NCBI GenBank assembly: GCA_000934665.2
Contig: KZ538701.1
Span: forward strand, 1-52,901
Direction of reading: 5' to 3'
Source: Catajapyx aquilonaris
Taxonomy: Eukaryota
Length of the DNA stretch: 52,901 nucleotides
Position numbers and translations under genes: made by a program. The notes under the pieces are model-generated. The model was not told where the DNA came from. It saw only the letters and a list, made by a program, of their open reading frames with translations, and ran no database searches. Shown one piece after another: positions 34,726 through 46,140 of this stretch. How positions within the stretch are numbered: position 1 is the stretch's first letter; every line of letters begins with the position of its first letter.

Positions 34726-36662
34726 AAAAGTCCTTGTACGGGTGAGAAATGTCAAGGCGCTAACCAATAATAATGAGGTAGATGAACAGACATCCACATT
34801 TGCCTGTCCCTAGATATATGCAGCAGCACACGTTACACCTTATTGTAGAGAGAATGCATGGCAGATTGACCCACATAAGTGCGGAAAACGAAATGGCGAT
34901 CTGACGTCATCGTTTCTTACCTTGTTCTTTTTTGTTGACAATTGTTTACTCATACTGTTGTGTGAGGGTATTTCCATGGAAACCTTGATGACATCAGATC
35001 GCTGATTCGTTTTCCGCACTGTATGTGTAGTCATTGTCTAGGGAGCAGGATGCAAGAGAGATATTTATGATGGTGGAAATTTGCAAGGCTATAGGCTACA
35101 TTATTGGGCTCACATCCCACTCCCTAAGCAAGCAATATACCAGATTTGCAGGTCCCTTTTTTATAACTGATATTGCCCAATAGCAGTTATTTTTTTGTAG
35201 CTTGTTGTGCCCCTAACCATGTGCCCCATTCTATAACTACTTCTATATTCAACCCACTGGGGGTCGAATATAGCACGTGCTATAGAATGGAGCACAACAA
35301 GCTACAAAAACATAACTGCTATCTGGCGATATCAGTTGTCAAAACTTGACCCACGAATCTGGAACACCCTGTACTCTTAACCGCAACAGTAATGTCGCAC
35401 TATTATGTGATGGCATCCGCGACTTGTTTAGCATGGGCGTTGCCGAGTTACGGATGTTAATTTGGCAACACTCCGGAATCCACAACCCATGCTAAACAAC
35501 AAGTCGCAGAAGCCATCACATAACAGTGCGACATTACTTTTGCGGATAATAGTACATGCCTGGGTCAACCTGCAATTCAAGATCCCTAAAAAAAAGGCGT
35601 AACGTGTGCTGCTGCATATAGTATGTAGGGACAGACAAATGTGTGTGTCTGGTCATCTACCTTGTTACTGTTTGGTCCCCCATGACATTTCTCACCCCTA
35701 AATATTTAACTTGTACTAAGACAACAATTACCCTGGCAGCAGGATCTTCCACTACTAAGAAACACTGTGCATTAAAAAAGCAAGCTAGAGGATATCTTAT
35801 GTATGCTGCATAAAAATGGTGATCACAACTTCCTCAGTATTACAGACCGACTTTTTAACACTTTTTTTGTTAATTATTTGCCTCAATAATGGTAGGCAGG
35901 TTGTTAGTATGATCTAAGGATACAAATATAACACCAGAAGTCAAGCTGTATATGGTACAGATCAAAAAAAAAAAAAAGTACTGTGAAACGTGCATACAAT
36001 GAACTTGTTGACTGTGGAAAAATTTGTGGCACTTGGCTATGGTGATGGCCTGTCATGGTAGTAATGGTTTGCTGTTAAAGGAGGAAATTCTCAAGTGGAG
36101 AAAAAAATACGTTCATGAACCTGAAAAAACAATGACTCCTCTCTCCAGAAGCAAGCGTCACACTGGTCACACTGGGTCGGAGGCACAGTATGTTGGTGGG
36201 AGGAGAGTAGAGGGGGTCCATTCAAAGAATGTCTCTAATCCAAATGCCAAAGTTAAAAAAAAAAAAGTTATTGCTCCTTTTTTTTCAATTTGCCCCACTC
36301 CACCCCACTCTATGCAGGTTTCACTGGATTAGCAATTATTTACAAATGTACTAATATCACATGGAAATAAGAAAGTTACTTTAATCTATTCCCCTGCAAG
36401 AAAAAGCAAATTTACTTGATCTAGCACAGGTTTCTGAATAGAAGTTGAATAAAATTTATACTTCCATACTGGACCTACTTTGGCTAATCTTAAGAATCCT
36501 AAGAAGCCAGCAAAGTCCAAGCTGTTTGGCATTGATGTATGTTTACACCAAAGTTGCATGCTCTTTTCTGATATGGGCATATGAAAACCCTCTAAAATCT
36601 AAATATTTAATTAAAGAGATTGTAAACTGAGAAGAGCAATATATAGCTTGCTTATTAATTAA

Positions 36663-38274
36663 CCCTAATAAGACAGGCGTCACATATGCTGTGACAGTGG
36701 CTTTAAAAAATTCTGCTGGCGAAACTATAGCGTTTTCCCACTTTGTAACGTAGTTTCTGTGTGGCTTTTTTAATTTCCTCTCGCGTAAAAAACCGCGAGT
36801 TCTGGACTACAAAATCGTGCATAAATAAACCGGATTAACCAAATTAACTTGAATAAAATCATCTTTTTACGGCCGCTGAAAAAAAAAAAAACTTAAAAAA
36901 AAAAAAAAATCCGACCTTGACCGGCAAATTTTTGGTGTAATATGGGCGCCAAAAGAATTGACCGGAGTTTATGGGTATATGGCGCTATATACCCATCAAC
37001 TCCGGTCAATTCTTTTGGCGCCCATTATACATAGTTGCCCCCAAACCTCCTCAAGACCCTAAATTACCACCCTAAAATTAGTGCAAAAGATGATTCAATA
37101 GTTTTAAAATAAATAAATCATGTTCGTAAATGTCAATTACCAGTTGCCGGGAGTCTGCGCACTTCAACGCCAGCCTTCGTGTGGCTGTAGGGAGCATTTC
37201 CCCCCTCCCCGCGCCTTTTGAATAGCTGTAGCTGAAGGATGTTTATACTCGTGTGTTTATCAACACAGCTCGCTTGACAGGCCTGTGCCGTAATGGGGAA
37301 CTAGCCTTCATTTTGGAAACTATGTAATAAATTCGCCCATAATTTTTGGATTTTTTTGGCGTATTCCGTTTTAAGATATCAGTTTCGGTTCCGGAGTAAT
37401 TGGGGTTTTTATGTAGGGAAATGGTGACGTCACTGTTTCCCTAGAAAATGTTGACGTCACGCGAAGTGAAATGAACGCAAAAATGGTGTTATAGAACACG
37501 CCCCGTCAATGTTGTAAAATGCTTCGCTGTTGTTAGCAACCGGCCCATTCCGTGAGCAAGGTAGCGGCCGGGGCGCGTTTTTACTTCACCCCGCTTAATC
37601 AGCTGATGGGCTGGCAGTGGTGCCAACTGGCAGGAATCATCTGTCACCTGAATTCGGCACATGAAGGCCCCTTTTCTCCACCTCGATGGCCTACAGCCGC
37701 CTTGCGAATGCTTTCCTTGGTGTCCGCGGTTAATTCAAAGTCAAATTCCTCATATCTCGCAGTCAACCAGGCATTTCAGTGTACCCTTTCGATTGGCAGC
37801 GGCGTTTTTCCCGCCAATTTTGAAGGCACTTTTAAATGTGCCGTAATTTATCCTGTAATGTCACTTTGATGCAACAGAGTGGTGGAATGTATGTTTACAG
37901 GCATGGGCTAGCTAGTTATGAACAAAATTTCCAAATCCCAGACCAAGGCTAGTTCCCCATTCATGCTATGTGCTTGTGTACGGCTTTTTTCAGAGGTGCC
38001 AAGGCTACATACCGATAATTTTTTGTCAATCAAGCAGAGTGACAAAAAATTGGAGTAGACGAGAAACAAACCCATCTGCGCCACCTCGTTTTGCATTTGA
38101 GAGTTTCCACTGCATATGTATGAGAGGAGGGTCACATAGATGGCCTCAGGATCAAGCCTGGACACTATATGATCTTATTCACCAGTGCTGTCAAGACTCG
38201 TCCCCCAAGTCCCAAAGAAAGCGAATTTTTTGCAGAAACTTGCAAAAACGCGAAAACCACCCGTATTATTAGGG
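36663..38274. mobile_element. Non-autonomous piggyBac-like element (1612 bp)
   Basis: TTAA|CCCTAATAA...TTATTAGGG|TTAA; no transposase ORF; contains a long palindrome at 36936-37031. Confidence 0.75.
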
Positions 38275-38941
38275 TTAACACTATTGTCATTCCTGGTATA
38301 TATATTTTCCCATCCCTTACAAGGTATGCAAATGAACACAGGGTGTAACAAAAGCAACACACCATTTACATTGAAGCCGTCCAGCATTTCAAATATTATG
38401 GCTTCAATGCAAATGGAAAATTAGATTTTTTTACATCCTGTATTATTCAGTTTCCTCACTCACATCCTGCACATAGTGTGCAACCTTCTTCTGGAATTTC
38501 TTCACTCACTCAAGGTGCTGAAGGAGTACATTACCATCAGCTAAATAATATCTGCCCATAATCCCAATAATAATAATCTAAAAAGCTTATAAATTGATGG
38601 CAAGTGAACAAAATTGAGCAAAAAAGATCCCTATAAAAATATAACCCTCTAACATTGTTTTAAGTGTCAACACATTGACTGCCTCACAAACTTTACAGCA
38701 GACTAAAAATAATTGACTAGTAGATGAATCAGCTATTACCCATTGTGAAATTGGTGCCACACTAGATGCTCTGCCTCACTTATTAAGACTGCACTCTTCT
38801 GGCAATAGCATGTTGCCTGCACATCACAAGTCATAATTTTGTTCACAAAGAAAGCAAGGCTTTCGACACATGGTACTTCACCAAACAATGTCCTAATAAG
38901 CAATGCTGAACGACACGCTAAGCACAGTGCGATGTTGGCAA

Positions 38942-39006
38942 TTACCTGGTTGAGAAAATGCTCAGAGTTGTTCCACCTGCCCGCTTTCGAACCAAATTGA
39001 CAGCCA
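38942..39006 (-). CDS. ADAP1: ADAP exon 7 (MAVNLVRKRAGGTTLSIFSTR*)
   Basis: Follows a 58-nt intron ending ttacag|; phase fits exon 6; short basic C-terminal tail; TAA stop. Confidence 0.8.
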
Positions 39007-41286
39007 CTGTAACGAGAAGTATGTTTAAAGTTTATCCAGGTGCAAAGGCATACGCTATGCTCACTGGCTGTATCTCGTGGTGTCAGCTGACGATCTAAGA
39101 CTTGGCTCAGAACTTCCATCCATTCTTCCTGTTCTGCATCATTCTCTGCTGCCAGAACATAAGTTCTTTCTGGTGTGACCAGTGTAAAGGAAAATTCTTG
39201 GCTGCGAGAACCAACAGGTACACCAGAGTTAACTGCAAATCCTTCTGATCGGTGTCCCAAAAAGATTTCACCTTTTGGGTAGGCAACCTGTAGAAAGTAC
39301 TACAATTTTATACAAAAATTTTAACAAAGGTAGATTAAGCACTACTACAAGCTGTAATTAACACAAGTACACAACATAATGCTAAGGTCGCCTTACTGAG
39401 AAAATAATGTAAAAAACAGACAGCTCTTGTCATCCAAGTGGGTCATGTATTCCAAAATATGAATGCATTCAACAAGATGTACTGGCAAAGTACATGGTTC
39501 AAGAGAGTGGGAGGGGGAGAGAGAGAGGGAGAGAGAGAGAGAGAGAAAGAGAGATGATTTACATATACAGTAAAACTTCTATAAGTTGAACTTCCCTAAG
39601 TCGAAGTTCTCTATAAGTCGAAGAAAATTATGAGCCTGGTTGGTCACAATGTAAAATAATAGGAAATAAACTTCCCTAACTCGAATTTCTATAACTCGAA
39701 TTTCTTCATAACTCGAAGTGATGGCAGGGCCTTATGATGCGATATCAATGCATTTTCGGTCTCCCCAAGTCGAAGTTCATGCAAGTACGGAAAATCTTCT
39801 CATTTCCCAGCCGAAGGGTCGAGAGTAGGCCACATACACAGAAAGGCTCAATTTCCTGATCTCCGTCTACCAGATGTACCGAAAGAAGTGTTTGTGTCTA
39901 TTGCGACAATTGAATCCTTGAATCTAAGAATAGGCGTATGTCCATAACTGAGATTTTTTTTTTTTACACCAAAACAACGAGGAACATTGTAAGTGTGATA
40001 GTGACAGTTATTTTTAAGTTTTGAACACCTTTCGTCGCTAGATATAAAGGTAGGCTTCCTTACAGAGTTCTGTGCTTTAAAAAATCCAAACTTCTCTAAC
40101 TCGAATCTTCTATAACTCGAAGTTTTTTTCCGGTTCCATGGAGATTCGACTTATAGAAGTTTTACTGTACATTAACAATTTTTAACTTGCTCACCAATGG
40201 CTCTTCATGATACATCAGCTTTCGATTATCCAAAGTGAACCACCTGCGTCGATATGCATCACCACTTCGCGGTCCTGTTTTCCAAAGCCATCCTTCTTTT
40301 GGAAAATCCTTCACCAAGTTCTGAGCCAGCTGCAGACCAAATTAAGAATACGTCAATATATCCACACATTGCAATCATAACCCGACAAAAAATGTCGAAA
40401 TATACACATGAAGTTGATTAATCCTTGTAGCACATTTTCTTATTGAAAGACAAATTTGTGCAGAGGCAGATATACAACAGGGGTGGATTTAAAAATGGGT
40501 GTAAGGGGGTATCTTCTTGGTCAGATGACATGGCAAGGTGAGCTGCAAATCATAAACTTGTATTTCCTTAACCATCATGTACCATACCACCTTGTCAAGG
40601 GAAATATCATAATGTAATGTTCTATTGGTGCAGAAAACCGAAGGAATGGTAGCGGAGGGGATATGGTATCCGACTGCTAATCGGGAGGTCCTGGGTTCGA
40701 ATCCCGGGGGCCGCCGACCCTGACTGTGGTTTTCTGTGGTTTCCAATGGTCTCACCAGGAAAATTCCAGGGTCGTGTCCGTAATTATAGGCCACAGCCAC
40801 TTCCTTCCATCCCTATCCCATCCCCATATAAGAGAAGTAAAAACGAAAGTAAGAGTTCCAGATTTAGAAAATATGGTGGTATCCCACCCCCCTAAGGGGT
40901 CGTCCATATACCACGTGACTGATTTTTGGACACTTTTTGAAACACCCTTGAAACCTGCTGCCGCAAGTCAACCNNNNNNNNNNNNNNNNNNNNNNNNNNN
41001 NNNNNNNNNNNNNNNNNNNNNNNNNNNNNNNNNNNNNNNNNNNNNNNNNNNNNNNNNNNNNNNNNNNNNNNNNNNNNNNNNNNNNNNNNNNNNNNNNNNN
41101 NNNNNNNNNNNNNNNNNNNNNNNNNNNNNNNNNNNNNNNNNNNNNNNNNNNNNNNNNNNNNNNNNNCCCCCCCCCCCCTCCCCCCCGTGACCAACCATGG
41201 TATTTCAGCAGACCCCTCCCCCCAAAACGGTCACATGGTATATGGACGACCCCTAAGAGGGCCCATGGCTCTCGCACAGGGTACAA

Positions 41287-41352
<66 letters not shown>

Positions 41353-44300
41353 GGTGCAGAAATGGTATGGTCACTTGCCAATGGTCAGCTTACCCTGTTC
41401 TGTAGTTTGGGTTGTTGACCCCTAGATAGTGTGCAAATGAAATGGCGTCATCATATGCCTACACCTTCAATTGGGGCTTCGGGAACCATGTCCCCAGCAA
41501 AATTGGTTAATATGGGCAATATAGCACTGAAGGACTCATAGAACAATATAATATTCTTGATGCATCTTATTTGCATCTTTTATTGAATCCATCCCCTGAG
41601 GCCTAACACCAGTGAAATTCAAGCTCTGGAAAAACAAATAATTTCATTCCAGAGCTTGATTACTATCAAGTCACTATTATCAGGAGGTCATTTTAAATTC
41701 AATTCCTCCAGAGTAGACCTCTTAAAGCAGGGGTTCCCAACCTGGGAGTCGTGGCCCCCCAAGGGGGCCGTGGAGCAGGTCCAGGGGGGCCGTGAGAGGC
41801 ATTGTACCTTATTTGGTAAATATATTTCTTGTATTGTTTGGCCACTTCATTGAAGATGTTTCGCTGCTTCATTAAAGATTTATGTATGTAACTTTAGCAA
41901 GGGGCCGTGGAGAAATTTTAGGTGATTTGGGGGGGGGGGGTCGCGGGTGCAAAAAGGTTGGGAAACCCTGTCTTAAAGGCACAGGTTTCATAGTGAAGAA
42001 ACAGAAGTGCAATGACTTTTAAATCTCATGCATGCTTATTTATCACATGGTCATAAGGTTTTGTTCAAAGGTTGAAGGCTTGATAAAGGTCTGAATTTTT
42101 AAAAAAACTAATGTAGCACAAACAAGAGGTGAATGTCTTGAACAGAGATTTTGCAGAAACTGTGATCCCCAACGAACATTGAGTGCATTATTACACAATG
42201 ATATGATATATTCATTCCAACTTTATTAAATTGCAGAGCACATGAGACTTTTGACAAATCCATAAACAAGTGATAATATATCTTGCAGGTCAAACTTGTT
42301 TTTTAACCTTATAATGTGGGCAGTTCAGGGTGGTTATCTATCATCATAAGGCAGATGAAACAAAATTCATACAAATTTTCATTTTCTCTAAATACACTTG
42401 GTGGTCTTCATTTCATATGGGATATTATACCTCCAAGATATGCTAACATGCACAGCATGGTCCAACAAGAAGAAACACTGCTTATAGAATTTCAGTTTAT
42501 CGAGCTCATTTCTAGCAAACAGAATGTATTCGATTTCTTGTAGCATTCAAAGTACTACTTGCTCCTCTTCTAGCGTAGCAGAGATAATCGATGGCTGATG
42601 GTTATTGATTTCAATTCTGAATTTCAAAATTCCACCTTGGATAGTAAATCAATGTTTGGCCATCTAATGGCATCATCTTTGCAGCCAATGGATTTTATAT
42701 CTCTGAAAAGTTCAGATCAGAAAACTAGGCTTAGAAGCCATACATAGGAGGAGGTAGGAGCAGCACTGGAATTGTGAATGATATGCTTTGTCATGTCAAA
42801 AATCATTCTAGTCTCCTCCCAGATAGGGCATCCAAGCCTGGGCCTTATGATATTAACTTTTGGCTGCTGAATATTCAGAATATATCCAGGGGCCTCAACA
42901 ACCTTTGGCCTCTGACGTCGTGCCATTAAAAATACTCATGGACATAGAAACTATGAACATTTCTTAAGGCCATGGTGAAAGAATTTCTGTCGGGGTTATA
43001 CCAGTGAATTTAAAAATATATATATATATTTAGTTTGGTTGTATTATAATACAACAAACTCGACAAAGGGTTTAAAAAAGTATTAGGGAACGGCTCTGCC
43101 CATCCATCTGCCCATCTGTCTGTGGACAGGTATCAGGGCCTAAACCACAAGAGATATCGACGAACAGTTTTTGGATTTGGATTCTGTAGACCCTAAACAG
43201 GTTTCATGGTCAACTTCCAGTGACCAGCCACTTCCAGTTTTCCGGATCCACTCTATCCTCAGTCCAGTCTAGAGGCAGATGAGACATGAAACTGTCCAAT
43301 TTGAATTACCTTAGCAATCTACTTGAATCACACTCGCCTTTGTCGCTACTGTTACTGTGACTCATTTAGTAATGTGTAGTGGCCCAGACCGCTCTGTTGT
43401 TGTTAAACAACAAGAGGGCAAGAATGTACGCAATTATGTTTGTTAGTCTAGAATAAACCATTGACTGGAATAGATGGTGTTAGTGGTCTTTCCAAGCCTC
43501 AGTCACTGCCTCGTTACGTCCCTGTCCCAACTGGTGGCAAGCGGACCACTACAAATGACAACAATGGTGATGCCATTGGGAACTTGAAGAATTCGGAATA
43601 CATAGCTGTGCTTTGGGAAAAATAAGGTCTGGTACACTTGAGAGCACACCTTACTTAGCTTATTCATAATGATATTAAATTTCAATTCACCTCAGCCTCA
43701 TTAGCACTTGGATATGCCACAAGCAGGCGATGAAGCTTGACGCTCCTAATGGACATGTACCAGTTGACAATTGTCTCAGGATCATCATGGTAGACAAAAA
43801 TGTGCCGAGTAGAACCATCACGAAGAAAAGACAGCTGCATTGAATTTGGATTTCCAATTTTTGCCGGGGCAAAAGACACATTCAGATCAGATATTCTGAT
43901 GACAGCTTTGGGTTCCTTTTTCTGAAATAAAGAACCAAACCATTAACCTGTATATACTAATTGAAAACATATAACTTACTTCATTTACATAATATTTCAG
44001 GCTATCATCTGCTTCAGAGAGGACAAATTTTCGTGGATAATATTTGCAGTCTTCTTTCCCCCTTTTCATTAGGAAACTCTCCGTCTGGCCTGATAAGTAC
44101 ACTTGGCGCTCAGGGTGGATAAATTCTTCTCGGTCATATTTGGCGAAAATCCATTGCTCAATTAGAGTCCTATAAAATGTGCAAGAAACACTCATGACAT
44201 ATTTAGGCCTACTTGATATTGTTCAGTTGTTCTTTAGTGATAAACTACAAAGCAACTGTTCAAAAGCTTAATAATAAGCAGTTTATTGCCAAAAATCACT

Positions 44301-46140
44301 AACCAGAACTGTTAGATGGGAAAAGAGTGTACAATGATTTAGAGAATATTATCACACTTCCTGGAATTTAAATTCGCAACTAGTCCTCACTTTTAGTTTG
44401 TTTATATATTCAAATTCACAATTACTCCTGAAATACATGCGAAAATAACGTTCCTTCAGGTCATAATATTCCAAAACAGGACATACAGTGGGTCACCTTC
44501 CACAGGACGGCGATAACATGCTGGTACCCATTGCTCATACTTCAGCTTTGCAGCAACATTTCCCAGTTGACGCATTCGCTCCACCTGTGATTGTTCCCAA
44601 CGATCTAACTTTAAGTGCTTCACCTTGGAGATGTGAGGACCAAGGCCTCGGTGAATCCCAGCACAAATCTTGCACAGAAACACACCCAAAATGTATGATG
44701 CATATTCTGGTCCTTTGAAAGAAAGAAAAAAACATGTCTAGTAAATGAACAACATTAATATTGATTTTTTAGTCTTGACAAAATTCTGTAGCAAGCTCTT
44801 TAAACTTTCAGAAACTTTAATAATCCAACTTTATACAATTTAAGGCAAACCATAACTCACGATACTTTGCATTTTTTTTTATTCCAACAAAGTCTATTTC
44901 CTGTCATCCACTGAGAACTTGTGAACTGCTGAAGGTTTTTCTCTGCACCAAACCAAACAGGGATAGTTTTAAAATCCCACAGACTCAGTCTAATGCAGTG
45001 GTTCCCAACCTTTTTCGGGTCGTGACCCCCTTTTATGAGAGTCAAGTAACCTGCCCCCCACCCTGTTAGCAGATGTAGCAAAAGCCTTCGTGATGAATTT
45101 CCTATAAAATTTATTTTCTTGGTTGATTTATTTTAGTTATTTTTTATTTTATAAAAATAACCGCAACCTGTTACGGCCCTCCTGGACATGCTCCATGGCC
45201 CTCCCCTTGGGGGGTCGCAACCCCCAGGTTGGGAACCACCAGCCTAATGCCACACATGGTCAGGTCAGAAGATCTGCATTGGTTTGTCATTGAATTGGAT
45301 GATTAATAGATAGATCTTACTAGGCTCTAGGCACAAATGAAACACAAGCTATACTAGGGAAAGAACACATCTTCAAAAATTAATTTAATAATTACTAGCA
45401 GAAATAAATTTATTGTTATTACAAGTATCCTAAAACTGCTACTAATACCATGGTGATTTAAAATATCTCTTGGCATATTGTAAGTTCATCTCAGTAGTGA
45501 GGCGGCCACCCTACGCCTTCATATTTACCCACTAGATCCCTGCATTCCCACTGCTCTCTCTTTGGCCTTGGTTTTTTTCTACTAAAGGTACAACATGAAT
45601 CTGAAATATCACTTGCCTTGAGTAACTTTTCACACAGGAAAAAAACTACACGAGCACAACTGACTGATGGTAGCATAGGATGACAATCAAGTCCAAAACA
45701 ACTTGCGTCAGCAACCCTTCATTCTCCAAGGCCAGTACACACATACCCCATTTAATTTGGAAAAAAAAAAGAAGAAGAAGAAGAAGAGTAAAAAAACAAC
45801 TGAAATAATTTACCTGTCACCTACTAACCCTCCGAGTCCTGTGTTTCGATTTTGATTAGCGTGTAATTCTTAATAGCGAAACTGATACGTACAGCTACAA
45901 CTAACACACTTATATCACTGAATAATGGGATTACGCGATTGCATAAACTCAATACACAGGCCTTCCAGAGTCCTGTTCTGCCTTTTTCTATCACCCCATA
46001 ATTGGAAGAATAATGTGTGATAGAGACACCACTCCATGACGTTAATAATGAGTTTTACCTTTGACTCCGCAGTCAACGCAAGTGCCATTTCCCGACTTTT
46101 TAAGGAGCTCCTGCAACAACTTCCCATTCTCGTCCGCCAT
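38942..46140 (-). CDS. ADAP1: ArfGAP with dual PH domains (centaurin-alpha / ADAP1-2 orthologue), 383 aa; complement join(46059..46140,44487..44712,43980..44169,43691..43921,40195..40329,39065..39287,38942..39006)
   Basis: All introns are GT-AG; exon lengths sum to 1152 nt. Contains the ArfGAP zinc finger CVDC..ASYILGVFLCKICAGIHR, then EQWIFAKY, PH1 (FLMKRGKE..PRKFVL..IVNWYMSIR) and PH2 (EGWLWKTGP..RRWFTLD..EQEEWMEVL). The C-terminus is LVRKRAGGTTLSIFSTR*. Confidence 0.93.
39065..39287 (-). CDS. ADAP1: ADAP exon 6 (PH2)
   Basis: Reads VAYPKGEIFLG..FTLVTPERTYVLAAE..EEWMEVL; acceptor ctacag| and donor |gtgagc. Confidence 0.93.
39511..39554. repeat. (GA)n microsatellite
   Basis: Direct reading. 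Confidence 0.9.
39568..40167. mobile_element. pogo/Tigger-type MITE in ADAP intron 5
   Basis: TA|CAGTAAAACTTCTATAAGT...ACTTATAGAAGTTTTACTG|TA with repeated TAACTCGAA/TAAGTCGAA motifs. Confidence 0.85.
40195..40329 (-). CDS. ADAP1: ADAP exon 5 (start of PH2)
   Basis: Reads LAQNLVKDFPKEGWLWKTGPRSGDAYRRRWFTLDNRKLMYHEEPL; acceptor ctgcag| and donor |gtgagc. Confidence 0.93.
40637..41349 (+). mobile_element. SINE family A (interrupted by the Harbinger MITE) with (ATT)n tail
   Basis: tRNA-like head with B box GGTTCGAATCCC; TSD ATTGGTGCAGAAA. Confidence 0.88.
40896..41253. mobile_element. PIF/Harbinger-type MITE inserted in a SINE tail (spans an assembly gap)
   Basis: TAA|GGGGTCGTCCATATACCACGTGAC...GTCACATGGTATATGGACGACCCC|TAA. 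A related right end is at ~14050-14078. Confidence 0.8.
41728..41970. mobile_element. hAT-type MITE
   Basis: CAGGGGTTCCCAACC...GGTTGGGAAACCCTG with 8-bp TSD TCTTAAAG. Confidence 0.85.
43691..43921 (-). CDS. ADAP1: ADAP exon 4 (PH1)
   Basis: Reads KKEPKAVI..PAKIGNPN..STRHIFVYH..W; canonical splice sites. Confidence 0.93.
43980..44169 (-). CDS. ADAP1: ADAP exon 3
   Basis: Reads EQWIFAKYDREEF..FLMKRGK..RKFVLSE; donor |gtaagt. Confidence 0.93.
44487..44712 (-). CDS. ADAP1: ADAP exon 2 (ArfGAP domain)
   Basis: Reads PEYASYILGVFLCKICAGIHR..SKVK..LDRW; canonical splice sites. Confidence 0.93.
44996..45241. mobile_element. hAT-type MITE, same family as 1875-2077 in the opposite orientation
   Basis: CAGTGGTTCCCAACCTTTTTCGGGTC..GGTTGGGAACCAC; TSD GTCTAATG/GCCTAATG. 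Confidence 0.8.
46059..46140 (-). CDS. ADAP1: ADAP exon 1 (MADENGKLLQELLKKSGNGTCVDCGVK)
   Basis: ATG at 46140; first CxxC of the ArfGAP zinc finger; donor |gtaaaa. Confidence 0.9.

Larger units (their letters stand above)
29271..34736 (+). pseudogene. Decayed, internally deleted mariner element (host of the Sola2 insertion and two MITEs)
   Basis: Left end TA|CGAGGTGCATTCAAG. Translated remnants include GVKHEDIY/RRLQAQYDDEPIS..W..FKD (N-terminal HTH) and ARPHTA..LQELG*QVLPDSPYSPDLTPSHFHL (mariner YSPDL motif). A residual right end AAAAGTCCT.G|TA resumes after the Sola2 element. Confidence 0.75.
29203..35769. mobile_element. Old TA-flanked foldback element whose left TIR was split by the mariner/Sola2 nest
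   Basis: 29203-29270 joined to 34737-34840 is the imperfect reverse complement of ~35597-35769. Further hairpins lie inside at 34870-35030, 35140-35370 and 35370-35555. Confidence 0.65.

Noticed and set aside
38736..39260. 174-aa ORF as a stand-alone gene
   Set aside because: Only 39065-39287 is coding in this frame (ADAP exon 6); the rest is read-through past the donor.
40637..40715. tRNA-like sequences (stem CCGA-CTGCTAA-TCGG, B box) here and at 9765, 22895, 48340, 49130 and 51330
   Set aside because: They lack a proper acceptor stem, continue into repeated bodies and tails, and are flanked by TSDs. They are SINE heads, not tRNA genes.
43040..43455. Possible Helentron/DINE-like element (CTGTCTGT-type repeats)
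   Set aside because: Termini and hairpin could not be defined.
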